Notes under the pieces: model-generated
What the model saw: only the letters and a program-made list of their open reading frames with translations
What the model was told of the DNA's origin: nothing
Databases searched by the model: none
Position numbers and translations under genes: made by a program
Shown here: positions 24,995 to 38,379 of the stretch, in pieces
How the letters are laid out: the number at the start of each line of letters is the position of its first letter
Numbering within the stretch: the first letter of the stretch is position 1
NCBI RefSeq assembly: GCF_018977255.1
Contig: NW_024704743.1
Coordinates: 65,164,001-65,228,000 of the forward strand
Direction: 5' to 3'
DNA from: Callorhinchus milii
Lineage: Eukaryota
DNA: 64,000 nucleotides

Positions 24995-26230
24995 TTTCCG
25001 ACCCTCCTGTATGAAGCCTTAAATCTGCAACATATAGTCACCTAACAAAGAATACCCACAACAACACTGATCAGAGATTTATAATAGAATGGAAAAACAA
25101 ATTCCATTCCAGGTTATGCAAACAGCAAACCGCAAGGAAACAAAAATGATAATATTAAATGATATTACTATTATAATAATACTATCATTATGTTATCATA
25201 AAAATAATCCTTACATTTGATATCGTGCCTTTGACATTGTTAAACATCGCAAAGTACTTTGCAGAGTATTTTGTTAAGTGTACAGACTATGTATTTGTAG
25301 GTAAAGACAAAATATAAAACAAAGTAAGTTCCAATATCAACAAATATCAAGAGTTAATGTCTGGTAAGAAAATGGACTTGATACCACAATAGCATTTGAA
25401 AATGAATAGGTTAAAATTAATTACTTACTCGTCCGGTTATGGTGCACAGGTTTACAAATTGGAGTTTGAGATACACTTTGACATGGAAAGTACAAATTAT
25501 TGTTGTTGGGCTGTTTATTGTTTTGCAGATAGCGGCCCTGGGTGTCTCTTAGTTTTTAACCAAGAAAAGGTCAGTCTTAAACACGACTATGCCAACTCTC
25601 TACTCACCAGACTACCCAACTCTTCTCTTCATAAGTTCCAGACTATGAAGTATTTAAAGGGAGGGGTTGTTCCAAGGCCTTCTCCTAATAACTGCTGGTT
25701 AATTGCTTATTATTATTGTTAGATAACGGAAGGAGCATAGAAACAATGACTAAATACTGTACACAAAGGGTGTGTACGTACAGTAAAGTGGAGACATAAG
25801 ATCAGAGCACTGAATATAGTGATTCCGACTCAAATTTTAAATATTTACTTATCTTCAAACAACCATGAAATGAATAACCAATTAATCAGGGGGATTGCTG
25901 ACCATGAGCCAGGAGAAACTCGCTTTTCCTCCTAAGTATTGTCACAGGATCGTTTAGGTACAGTACTTCTTCCTGTCATGCAATGATGTGCTGATTAGTA
26001 TCCTGCACTATTCACTGAATATCACACATGGGCAAATTTATCTCAAAGGTGATATACCTGCAGCTGACTCTAAAACGTTGTAATTAAACTAAGGCTGTTA
26101 TAATCAACCTTCAACCACAATTTAACCTCACTGTGTACTAATATTATAGTCAACTCGGACAAAAGGAACCACAACTTGGGATTCATGTCACCAAATAAAA
26201 GGTTGTTGGCTAAAGATTGGAGGAAATATC

Positions 26231-26545
26231 AACAACAACAACAAATTGCATTTATTATAGCACCTTTCATGTTGGGAGGGTGTCCCAAAGCGCTGGACAG
26301 TCGAGCGTGATGCAAGGCAGTGCCTACCGAGCGGAGGAGTGAGCGGGTAGTAGGGTTTTAGAAGAACAGAGGTAGAGAGGAGCAAGATCATGGAGGGATT
26401 TAAAAGCGATCCACTGGGGACGGGGAGCCAGTGAAGCCGGGCGAGGATAGGGGTGATAGGCTCACGGAGCTTAGCGTGGGAGAGGACACAAAATGGTCTG
26501 CAGCTTGTGGAGGGAAGAGTTGGGAAGTCTGGTAAGCAGAATGAT
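26231..26545 (-). mobile_element. L2 3' fragment with internal deletions
   Basis: PITPILARLHWLPVP and an L2 tail with (TTG)n. Confidence 0.85.
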
Positions 26546-26964
26546 TGCAATTAAATTCGTCATCAGAAGTTCCCAGCGCTATGTGGGTGCGATTTCTTGT
26601 AACTTCTTGCGTAATGTTGATGCAATTTCTAGGTTTCTATTGCTAAAACTGAGACTGGACTCCAGCAAAATATCACATCAACCTAAAAATTAATGACAGC
26701 ACGATTGTAACCATGTTCTTGTTATGTAATTATCTGTAGTCCACATTGTGCTGCAATATATGAGATATTATATGTTCTCTTTTAACTAGTGATCCACATC
26801 TGTGAGTGTCTGTGAATAAAGAGCATTAGCAAACGAGAAAAGAACTTGCGTTTTTATAGCGTATTCCCACATTGAAATGTCACAAAGCAGTTCACAAATA
26901 ATCATGTGGACAAATTACCTTACAAATTTTCTTTTCCTTATTCATTCTTGAAAAATAATACGGT

Positions 26965-27425
26965 GTCAGCTTGGCTCACTTGGTAGCAGTACTTTTGCCT
27001 CCAAGTCAGACGGTTATGCATGAAACCCACCAGCCCCCCCACCCCCACCCCATGTTGGGACTTTGAGCTCACACTCTAGGCTGACATTTCAGTATAGGGA
27101 GGGAACACTGTATTGTTGGAAGCGCTGCCCTTCAGATGAGATGTTGAACTGAGGTACTGTCTGCCTGTTAAGGTGGATGTTAAAGATCCCATGGCTCTAT
27201 TTGAAAAGAGAACAAAGTTTCTCATGGTGTCCTGGCTGACGACTCCCCAGATAAAATTGGACATTCACTTCATGGCCGTTTGTGGGACAATGTTGTTTGC
27301 AAACTGGCTGCCTCGTTGACTTACAAGTCATTACACGCTACAGCAGATCCTGTGCAACTCGTTGAGAAATCCTCCCGACATGAAAGGTGCCTAGATCTAA
27401 AACAAGGATTACTAATTATTATTAT
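26965..27425 (+). mobile_element. SacSINE1-like DeuSINE, near full length
   Basis: tRNA-like head gtcagcttggctcacttggtagca, Deu domain (cagatgagatgttgaac...aaagatcccatggc), L2-like tail. Confidence 0.82.
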
Positions 27426-27667
27426 AAAACTGAAAAAGAATATGTAAAATAACTTTGATCTTTATGATCTTTATATTATTTTGCATCCAATAGTCCCCTG
27501 AAGATATTCTACGTAACCACTTAGGTTTCATGCTACCAAGAATAAAATACGTTGACTAAGATAATCAAAAACATGAATGTGGTTTTGGTTGGCAAATGCT
27601 ACAAGTTGGGGAGCTCAATGTCATAATAGGAAAGTGAAATGCTGGTACTTGGATTTACACTTTCAAT

Positions 27668-27830
27668 CATAGAAACATAGGAACAGGAGTAGGCCATTCA
27701 GCCCTTCAAGCCTGTTCCGTCATCTATTTAGATCATGGCTGATCTGTACCTCAACTAATCCTTTCAATTCCAATTTCCCACTTTCTCCCCATATCCCTTA
27801 ATACCCTGACCTACCAAAAATCTATCAAAC
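27668..27830 (-). mobile_element. CR1-type 3' terminus
   Basis: catagaaacataggaacaggagtaggccattcagccc...gatcatggctgatc, the reverse of a CR1 tail. Confidence 0.65.
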
Positions 27831-28349
27831 CCTGCAGTTGCTTCAGTAACCTCAATTAGAGTGTTATATTATTGAAAGTTTGTTTTAAACTGTAAATACA
27901 TTTGACTTTTTGATACACACAAGGCAGCTGACAGGAATTCATCACAGCCCCTCTTTTTTTTCCCATCCAGTGACTGGTTCAGTTTGGAATGTCACGTCAA
28001 ACATTTATAACACATATTGCCAGTCAAGAGAAGGGAACTGCGATTAAAATCACAATGCAAACAGCAGCTCATGGAAGACTTTTCACAGAACTAGGCGGTG
28101 AGAAAAGTATATTGAAGATGCAGAATTTTACAAGCTTGCGGAATGGAAGGAGATTTAAGCTTCGAAATCAAAGTTTTTTTTCTAACTTCACAGCAATTTT
28201 TTAAAAATCTTTCAGTTTTGGTGGCCATATGGCAATATTCAATGCTGCATTCTTAAATGAATTTTAGAAGAATAATTATAAATGCAAAATCCATTTTCTG
28301 GATCTGAATATATTGTGACATCATACTATAATATAAAACCCTGATGCAA

Positions 28350-28645
28350 TAATAATGATCTTTTCATTTGATATAGCGCCTTATCACGTCTCAAAGTGTC
28401 TCAAAGTGCTTCGGAGGGTTAATGCTCTGAAGTGCAGTGACTCCATTTGTAATCAACACAGCTGTCAATTCGTCCACCGCAAGGTCCCACAAACTGCTCG
28501 GAAATGAATGGCCAGTTTACCAGGAAAATTATTGGCCAGAACACTGAGACAAACTTCATTCATTTTTGAAATAGAGGCACGCAATCTTTAAATCTTTAAC
28601 ATCCAATTGAACAGGGAGACGGGACCTCAGTTTAGCAACCTCAGC
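28350..28645 (-). mobile_element. DeuSINE fragment
   Basis: Reverse tail plus Deu-domain motifs (tttaacatcc...gaacagggagacgggacctcagttta). Confidence 0.72.
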
Positions 28646-28804
28646 CAAAACAAAAGCCAGTGCAGGTTTATGCAATATCCTGTCCTGTCCAAAGAGCAAA
28701 TTCTGAAATCAAGTTAATGTGGATTTATTCCTGTATGACTAACAGTTTTCCACAAGATCTAACAATCCATTGACACTCCACATTTATATACTGTAATTGA
28801 ATGC

Positions 28805-28848
28805 AATCAATCAATTAATCAATCAATCAGTCAGTCAGTCAGTCAGTC
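28805..28848 (+). repeat. Compound microsatellite (AATC)n(AGTC)n
   Basis: caatcaatcaattaatcaatcaatcagtcagtcagtcagtcagtc. Confidence 0.9.
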
Positions 28849-29109
28849 AACTTGCAGTGGTGACACTCAAACCTTCTTCTCTGGACTATTATAGAAAGTT
28901 CTCTTATCAGAATAAATAAAAGCGAGATATCAAATGCAAGGATTATAGAATTGTTAACACTGAATCCATCTTCATTTGTGGATATTTTAACTATATTATT
29001 AGACTGCAATTTACCTCTACATTTTAGGATCTTGAATATTTCAAGAATTAAGCCCAAGGCTTGTATTCTCCAGCATGAACATTACCAGTTTAATATTGCA
29101 TTTCATATA

Positions 29110-29440
29110 ATATTAATAATCCTTGATTTTTTTGTCTTACAGTGTCTTATTACGTCTCTGAAACATCTCAAAGCGCTTCACAGGATATACTGTAAAGTGC
29201 GGTGACTGTGTATTTTGTGGGCAACACGCAGCAGACAGTTTGCGCACAGTAAAGTCCCACAAACAGCCATGGAGTGAGAGACCAGTTTTATTTGGGGGAT
29301 TGTTGGCCAGGACACTGGGAGAAACTCCTTTCTCTTTTCGAATAATGCCATGGGATCTTTAATGGCCACCTTAACTGGCAGATGGGACATCGGTTTAACG
29401 TCTCATCCGAACAACCTCCAACAATGCAACACCCCCTCGC
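29110..29440 (-). mobile_element. DeuSINE fragment
   Basis: ggccaggacactgggagaaactcc...gccatgggatcttta...ggtttaacgtctcatccga. Confidence 0.8.
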
Positions 29441-31140
29441 CCCAGCAATGCACCCCAATATCTTCTTTGCTCTGCTTACTATTTGATGTACGTTCTCACA
29501 AAGTTAAAGCCAGTTCCATATACTGAAATGAAATTGAAATCTACCTCACTCTTACCATTTCCCCGGTATCGACAGCTCTGGTGTACAAGCAGCTTAGCTT
29601 CCACTCTGTAAATTTCAATCTCATGTTACTGATGCAAACTTCAAGATTTCTTATGTGTTTCTATACTGCCCTCTATAGAGTAATCTAACAATTGCATTTG
29701 ATAAAGCAATAGGCGAAAAATAGCAATTGCAGTTTTGCTGAAGATTAGTCAGTGATACTCTCTGCGTCTAGGGGGGGAAAATAAACTTATGGTAATTAGA
29801 TTTATCATAATCCTTTTTAGATACCCATTATGTTCTAATACATTTTAGGGTTCACACTCCCTGTCAGTTTTCTGAAGCGCTTTGAGAAGGCCCTCCAAAC
29901 ATGAAAGAAACTGTGTAAATGTAAATTGTTTTATATATTGAATAATACACTATGTTCTCAGATACAAACTGTATTCTCATTTAAGTGCTCAAAGACATAT
30001 TTTGATTGGAAGACATCAGATCTTTGCGGAATGTATAATAAATTACACTAATAATAATAATCCTTGCATTTCATATAGCCCCTTTCATGTCATCAAGATG
30101 CACTAAAAAAAGCAAATGTATATACAGTACGTGTTTCATTATAGGGCTACAACATTTAGGACTGTTCTGTAATTTGAACATCTACAATATTCCATGGATT
30201 TTGTACAATATTATAAAATATACCAGCAGCATGGAAAGGACATGAAAGAATCTCGTTCAAATATAAATCTAACTACTGCATTTCAAGCGTAGGAAATTCC
30301 ACCTTGCATTTTGCAATCATGTCTAATCAGCAGAAAACAGTGCAATTTGACCAGTTGCTTATAATAGTAGCACTGCTCTCCATTTAAAGCACTGAGCTGA
30401 GGATCTTAACCACTTTTAGAATCAGCACTAAGTTCTCAAACCAAACCATGAGAGTTTCTTCCACATGATACATTACAATCAATGTGTAGAGAGTGCGCTA
30501 TTTGCATCTGACCTATGCTGCAACTGACCTCAGTTGAAAGCGATAAAAAGGTTAAATTCTCCAGGTCTTTGGAGAGCAGCCTGCACGATAAAAAAAAGGG
30601 CAGTCTGGAAAAGCTGATCATGTGTCTACAGTTTTATTAGATATTACGACAGGAAATTTAAAAAAAAACTGTGTTAGAACAAAACATAAATAACTTGTTT
30701 ACCATAAGGTAGGATTTATAATTATGTCCCTTCATATAAGAATTGCCTGGAACAAGATCAGTGCATTGAAATTTGTACGCACAGCGTGAATGATAAACCT
30801 TAGAGCATTCACAGAACTGACCAAGAACTGTCAAACAAATTAGAGCTTTGATCCAAAACAACACAATGTGTTCCATTGTTTTAAAACTCTAGTTCAGATG
30901 AATCTGAGTAAGTACTGTACAACTAAAATTTATCATCTACATGTTTGCATTGTGTATTAATGGATAGAAATGGTTGCTGATTCTCTGGGAACAAGTGGAA
31001 TTCCAAACATTCCATTAACCATTAACTCTGCTAATGTTGTAATAATGCACATTGACCTTTCTCCTGTTCTTCAATTAAACCAGTAAAAAACATCTAATGA
31101 CGTGCTCTTAAATTGCAGTATATTATAGACTTATCCAATT

Positions 31141-31463
31141 GTCCTGTAGCTCAGTGGTTAGAGCACTCGCTTTGCAAGTGAGAGACCTGAGTTCAATTCC
31201 AGGCAGAGGGCGAAACCTTGGGCAAGTTTCCTTACTCCACACAAAGCCTAATAATAATCCCTCCAAAACAAAACAATAATAAAAAAAATTGGTCATTTTC
31301 AATCTACGACTGTTTGTGGGACATTGCTGTGCGCAATTGGCTGCCGCGTTTGCCCACAAATATACAGTCAATTCACTTTACAGTGTGTTCTGTGAAGCGC
31401 TTTGGGACGTCCTCCCGACGTGAAAAGCGCTATATCAAATGCAAGGATTATTATTATTATTAT
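31141..31463 (+). mobile_element. tRNA-Ala SINE, short form, young, missing the first GGA
   Basis: Near-consensus copy with CpGs retained; (TTA)n tail directly abuts the putative LTR. Confidence 0.93.
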
Positions 31464-32247
31464 TGTGTAGGACTTCCCTCTTCGACTATGTCTACAGTTC
31501 ACCTCCCCTTCCTCGCAGGCTCGGCGTCAAACTATATCATTGTGAGACAATTCTTCACCCCTATATGTACACTCACGATATGTCTCACTCCCCCTCGCAG
31601 AGTGTATGGGTGGCCTCTGTGTTCAACCTCATTGACTAATGAGTTCTTCCACGAAGACAGATCCTACCAATTGCTATTTAAATTGAAGCGAATTGGGAAG
31701 CTTCCGTCAATTAATTGTATTGTCGAATACCTCTGTGACCTATTTGAACCTGTTTGTGTATTCCCTCCTTCTTTCATTTATATAAAAAGTTCGAGAAAGC
31801 AGTTAAGTAAGCTCCACGGAATTTTACTGTTGCTTCTATTTTATTGTAGCTTGAAATCCACAATCCTCGGCATTAAATCTTAAACAACACGATAAACAGC
31901 AACAAACACAGCTATGAGATAACAAACATTAATCACACTTAAACTAAACACACTAGCAACCACTTGTAAGAAGTTAATGTAACTTGCAAGAAGAACCAAC
32001 CTCTGACAACTACTCATCACTAGTCCGAGCACATACCGTTTGTCATTGTCGGGTAGAAAATGGTGACCCCGAGCACATGGCGCTTGTTCTTTTATGGGCA
32101 TTGAGGCCCTCTCTGAGTTAGGGAACCCAATGATAATTGTATTGCACCAATTACTCGATGTAATTACTGTCTCTCTTATGGTCCAATCAAAATCATCCTT
32201 TAAGTGACCCAATAAAGTAAGAGCGAACCTTCCTATCCACTTACACA
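31464..32247 (-). mobile_element. Putative solo LTR, 784 bp
   Basis: Ends TGTGTA...TACACA; on minus strand four ATTGG boxes (~32127-32213), CATAAAAG (~32090), then AATAAA (~31840); AATT at 31137-31140 and 32248-32251; CpG retained; no credible ORF. Confidence 0.68.
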
Positions 32248-34604
32248 AATTATAGATAGTCAGTTACCCGCCAAATTGTTGCAATCGACGCTAGAGTCAG
32301 ACATGATGGCATTATAAGTATCAAAAACATTAAATACATTAAAAAAAATGTATTTAAACGACTACTCAATATATTTATGCCCTGCATATGCCAGTTCTAC
32401 CAAACTTTTGCACTTTCTGAGTTTCCCCGTGCACAATCGGTAATTACTAACCGTACTCACACTGGCTAATTCTTTTAGTGAACACATCAACTTTACAGAA
32501 CATATTTTAAACAATAGACAGGCATAGAAAACAAAGAGTGAATGTGACAACTGTTGAGCGCTCTGAGACCCTATCCGTGTGAAGAGTGCTATATAAATGT
32601 GAGTTGCCATTGTTTCAAACTAACTCGCACTTTTTTTAAAACTGCTCAACAGATCTGTTCTGATAAGAGATAGTGATGTACATTAGTTAAATCTTAATAA
32701 CTATACAACTTCAATAATGTGGATAACCTTAGCATCTTTGGAAACTAACTGAACATGAAAATATTCAAGGGGAACAAAAGATACAGAAATTATTTAGAAA
32801 ATTAATGCTGACTGGTTATGAACCTGGGCAATTATAATTGTAGTGGGTAGAAAATGCAGGATCTAAGTAAACATCGAATGGAATCAAAATTACAGCAGGA
32901 GCCAGCCCAGGGAGCCATAGAAAACACGTGATTATTAATGGTCTGGCAATGTGATGAACCAACCAAAAGACATAACTGAATGCCAGGATATGGAGTCAGA
33001 ACAGTAGAATCCACTAGTCCACTAGTCAGCAAATTTACTGCGACCTCCTGCAGCCCAGCTCCCTCCACTCAGTGAATATTGATCTGCTTCATGTCCCCCT
33101 GCTCGATCCGCCCCAGGCCTTTCTTAAAGTCTTAATAAAGAAATGGACAACTTGAAAACACACACCAGCAGGTTATCCAGCTACAAAACCCATTTATAAA
33201 CAATCACATTGTTCTACAACACATTCACAAGGGCACCACTGCAGCACAGGCACTGTGTCAAATAAAACCATAAGGTTCCCAATACCAAGTAACAATTGGC
33301 ACTGGAGCAAGACGAACTGTGAAAACATCATAGGAACAAACTGTACTTCAGCTGAACAAAAGGATAGGATCCAAAGGTAAACTTCCTGCCTTACAGAAAC
33401 ACTACTGTGGCTCAGTATGATAGAAGCAAACTAATTACATTTTCAGTCTTTGAATATAAAGGCATACAATACATGACAAATTTCCATGGGACGTAAGATT
33501 TATATCCCTGAGTGGACTTATCTGATGATTCGTAAGTGACAAAGTCATCAATGAATTATGGTTTGGCACCTTTAAGTATTCATATCAATAAGAATTGGAT
33601 GATATTATGAAAAGGAAAACAAATTGTACCACTGTGTAGATTATAGATCAGGTTTAATGTGGAACATTTCACCAATGACAATGACAATAAGCAGATAAAT
33701 TTATTTGAGCAAAAACGTCCATTACCAACTTCATCCATTGATGACACGTTTTAATTTAATGCATGTGCATGTATTCTCCCTGACCTCCCCGCAACACCAC
33801 ATGACTTCAATGGATACGCTTCTGAAACCTGCTGCCTATTGAAGATCTTTAGCCGTTATGGTCTTTAGCCAACTTCATCATGTATAATTTACATATTCTA
33901 TAATTGGACTGGGGTCTGCTGCTCTCACAGTCTGAAAAAAACACTCCTCCGATACTTTATACGATCACTGACTGCCAGATGATATCGCCAGACCTCATAT
34001 TCTTACAAATGTACTACAGAAAAGCTACGTTTGGGATGTAATTCAATAGCAAGAACTTGCAAGCAGATGGAATATGAAAGTACTCTGCTATCTTTACCCA
34101 ATAATACCGTAATTGTAATTTATTTATTCTATACCTTCTCCACAGCAGATGCATGTCCCTACCGTAACTCAAACAGCTACTGTACAGTCTGTAGTAGAAT
34201 ATTTCTCTCAATGATTTACCAATTGCATAATTACTGAGATAATTAGGGATACAATTGGCTGCTGTGTTTCACCCACAAAATACAGTCAATCCACTTTACA
34301 GTATATTCTGTGAAGCGCTTTGAACGTCTCAACAACGTGATAAGGTGCTATATTAAATGCAGGGATTATTATTAGGAAATATTGTATATTCACTCAGAAT
34401 TCATTGCAAGATATCCAAGCATTGAAACACGCAATGCAATTTAAAAAAAATTAAAACCAATAACTGATTTTAAGTTGTGCAATATCCATGTTCCACTAAT
34501 CCATTACCATCCTATTCGAAGAAAGTATATAAAAAAACTTGCATTTGATATAGTGCCTCTACATCAGGCGGACATCCCAAAGCACTTCACAGGATATGAA
34601 TATC

Positions 34605-35075
34605 ACTTGCTGGGTACCCCAAAGCTCTATCCTTGGCCCCCTTCTTTTCCTCATCTACATGCTCCCTCTTGGCGCTGTCATCCGCAGACATGGGGTCAAC
34701 TTGCGGATGACACACAAATTATTTCTCTTCCAGTTGCGACTCCCGGTCCACTGATGCCCTGCCAGCTTGTTTGATGGACATCAAGGCCTGGATGAGCACA
34801 AATTTCCTGCAGCTGAATGTCGGCAAGAAGGAAGCCATACTCTTTGGCTCCCATCAACGTCTTCTCTCCTGCGGGTCTGAACTCCTCAACCTCCCCAGGC
34901 TCTTCCTCAGACTCACCAAACCCATGCGCAATTTAGGCATCAGGTTCGATCCCCAGCTTTCTTTTTTGATCGTGCTTACGGTCACCTCCCCCCTCCCTCT
35001 CCTCCTGGCTCGTGTCAGACTCCACCACTGTCAAGAGCTCCGGGATGCTACTCCACGTGAAGGGCGCTATATAAT
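34605..35075 (+). mobile_element. L2 fragment (RT piece joined to a type-2 tail)
   Basis: ADDTQI, DIKAWMSTNFLQLNVGK and RNLGIRFDPQLSF, then tgcttacggtcacctcc...aagggcgctatat. Confidence 0.85.
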
Positions 35076-37426
35076 ATCGACAACATTAATAACATTTATA
35101 CTGCACCTTTCACAGATGATATAACATCTCCTTACAAACACGTTTTAGAGACAAGATGTGGAGAGGAGGAAATGAAGATGTTAACAATTCAAATTTTCAG
35201 GAATGTTTTGAAGGCAGGGAGAAAGGGCACAAGGCGGAGGAATTTGAGAAGGGCGTTCCAAAGAACAGGAAATAGTTAATGAAGGTCAGGCGTTGATCGG
35301 TGGAATGGAGGAGAGGGGGAAAGGATGGAGCAGCTGGCACAAATTAGAGGGTGGGGGCAGCAGAATACTGTATTCAAGTTTTAGATTAACAATAGTGTTT
35401 AGACAACAGTGACCCGGAAATATCTTCTCCCGACTTCAAAATCTTGCACATTTCTGTAAAGCATGTACACCAGACCATGCATAAATAATGTTTGCAGTTG
35501 AGTACATAAAATTAAGGGGGGAACCTGCGTTAAATTAATCATTGATTCGCTATCCTTTATTTCTACCAGTTTGTGGGATATTTCTGTGCATAAATTGGCT
35601 GCCGCGCTCACCCACAAAATATACATTGTCACACCAATTTACAGCCTGCGAAACAGGTTTGATATGTTTCAATGATGCGATAAGGTGCTTTATGAAATGC
35701 AAGGATTATTTCCTTTCAATGACAAAAATCTGGACTGGACTTCACTGGACAGAATCTAGGAGCTGGATCCAGATGCTGGGTTTGGACGGAATTTTAAATC
35801 ACATAAACTATGTGGATAGTTTTACACTTGTTTCTAACAATTGAAATGTTGCACAACATATTCACAAGGGCTCCCAAGCAAAACTATAGAATAAACCTCT
35901 GGTTACTTTATTTTATCCAAACAAATAGTGGAGAAAATAAGTCATTCTGTTGTCAGATCCCTTTCCACATTTCAAACAGCTCACTTCTGCGGAAGTTATA
36001 GTTAACCAGAAAACCCAAGGTGATTAACCATCGCCATGTAAAAAAAACTGTCTCACAGGCAAGTAATACAGTGAAGTGAAGTTTATTCTCGTTTGCAGAA
36101 AGGCTGCCAAAGTTGAAATTGATGCAGAGGAAATAAACATCCACCAAATGTGTATTTTGCAATCAGGAAAAACCTCAACAGAAACTTTAAATTCACAGCG
36201 ACAGAGAAAGTGTTTATTCTGCATTCAAGAAAAGCCTTTAACTGCACCATCAACTGAAATTGCTGGGCCTTAAATGCAGCTCCAAATGCATTTGATTTTT
36301 TTTTGAAGTATGGATCCTTTTTGCCAACTTATTAAAAAATGATCAAACACACCTGGCAGCTTTTACTTGGTTTGTTTTCTGTATTCAACAAAGAAATACC
36401 TACCAAAAAAATCACAGCATGAACAAATCTCTAACCAAAGAGAAAGCAATTCACCTTCCTTGTAGAAGCTGAATTGTAAATCCTTTCCCCAAACTTAACA
36501 TTCATTATAAGTATATTTAATACAGGAGACATACCAAAAGCAGCAGTTTTGTTTAAAAAACACTAGGCAAATTATTTTTCTGTGGTGAGGTACAGTGAAA
36601 AATATTCTTTTGTACGTATGACTAAACTTCAAGTTCCATTAAAATATACAACTTGTTAGAGGACGAAAACTGACCTGTTGGGGTAACGCTGCATTAAGTT
36701 CTGCATTTGCATTGGCCTACTTCTCAGAACAAAACTGACAAAGACTATGTCTGTGTTGTGAGTCCTCAATCTAGCAGCGTAAAATGTCTACTCTCTGCTG
36801 TCTTCCCCAGGGAGCACAAACTGATAATTAAACTACTGTTCTACACTCAGGAAAGAATGGTCCTTTTTTCCTACCATTTGCATTTCTCTGTACTAGACTG
36901 AGCTTCCGCTCCATTTTCTGTAGAGAGAACACATTTTGATCCTTACAGAAACAACAGTTGCCTTTATCAAAGGCTGATATTATGTCTTTTAGTGGACCAT
37001 AGACAAGTACAATAATGAAACCAATGTTTGTATACATTTTTCCCAAATTAACTCATGCTCACTAAGCATTCTCAAGTCCCCCTTTAATAAATTTAAACAT
37101 ACAAACTTCAACCCTACAAAAGCGATGTATGAAAATATTTTGTAAACCTAATTTTAATTTTTTTTAGAATCCATCAAAATGCTTATTTTATTTGTGACAA
37201 TGACAATTAAAAAAAAGTTCATATCCGAGCAAAATAATAAAAACCTTTATTTAAGGATATATTTGCAATTCCAAACTTAATTTTCTTCGATTGGATATCA
37301 CCACCAATATATCTGAATACAGTAATATACTACTATGTATTTATAAAGTACAATTCTGACATCTGCTGGAACAAAGAATGCTTCACTTATCTGTTTTTCC
37401 ACTTGTTGAAAATTCACAAGAATCTT

Positions 37427-38140
37427 AATAATAATCCTTGCATTTGAAATAGCACCTTATCTCATCGTTGAGAGGTGTCAAAGCACTTCGCATAATTTTA
37501 CTGTCCAGTGACTGTGTATTTTGTAGTTGAAAATGCAGTCAATTTGCGAACAGCAATATCCCTCAAACAGCCATGAAGTGAATGACCAATTTTATGTGGG
37601 CGATATCCAATTGAAGATATCCAGCATATTGGAAGCAACTCCCTTCTCACTTCATTGTGAGTTTTCAGTTTTCAGTTTAACATCTAATCTGAAGAATGGC
37701 ACCTCTGACAATAATAATAATAATCCTTGCATTTGATATAGCACCTTATCACGACTTTGAGACGTCTCAAAACACTTCACAGAATATACCTTAAAGTGAA
37801 TTGACTGTATATATTGTGGGCAAAATGTGGCAGCCAATTGCGTCCCATAAACAGTAGATTGAGTGACCAATTTATTATTATTATTTTTTTGAAGGAATTA
37901 TTACCCCCGGAAAAGTGATCCACCAATCGACTAACAATCGGGTTCCTACTTACTCCTAGGTAAACAGAGGCGGCTGGAGTAAGGAAACTTGCTCAATATT
38001 TCGCCCTGCCGGGAATCAAATCCAGTTCTCTTGCTTGCAAAGCGAGTGCTCTAACCACTGAGCTACAGGACTCCATTGTAGCTCAATGTAACGCTCCCTC
38101 AGGATAGCACTAGTGTGTCAGCCTAGGCTGTGAGTTCAAA
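37427..38140 (-). mobile_element. Old DeuSINE host interrupted by a long-form SINE
   Basis: Tail at ~37427-37490, Deu pieces to 37709, resuming at ~38085 (ctccctcaggatagcactagtgtgtcagcctag). Confidence 0.65.
37710..38074 (-). mobile_element. tRNA-Ala SINE, long form (about 70-bp extra internal segment)
   Basis: Full head and tail; extra segment at ~37904-37966 (minus: ctgtttacctaggagtaagtaggaacccgattgttagtcgattggtggatcacttttccgggg). Confidence 0.9.
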
Positions 38141-38379
38141 GTGTCATCTTATCATGGAGTTAGGACCAGCGGGTCCAGAAGACAAAGTCAGAGACAGATC
38201 AGTTTCCAGGGAGCATTTGCAGCCCAGGAGGTCACTTTCTGTCTTCAATTTGAAAAACCACTGTACTAAAGACCCAACATATACCTAACCCAAGAGAATG
38301 CAGTGAATCTTAAATCTCTAGTTCCTATTAACCCTGCAAACCAAAGCCCAAACATGTAGCATAGTCTTAGCTGGACCAA

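Noticed and set aside
29556..29624. ATG-initiated 23-codon stretch ending in ATG|GTAAGA on the minus strand as a COBL first exon
   Set aside because: Phase 0, so out of frame with the phase-2 acceptor at 3877; the phase-2 frame has a stop. A non-coding exon cannot be excluded.
31218..31883. Longest ORF in the track (221 aa)
   Set aside because: Starts at TTG inside a SINE, reads through the (TTA)n tail into the putative LTR, and shows no recognisable domain.
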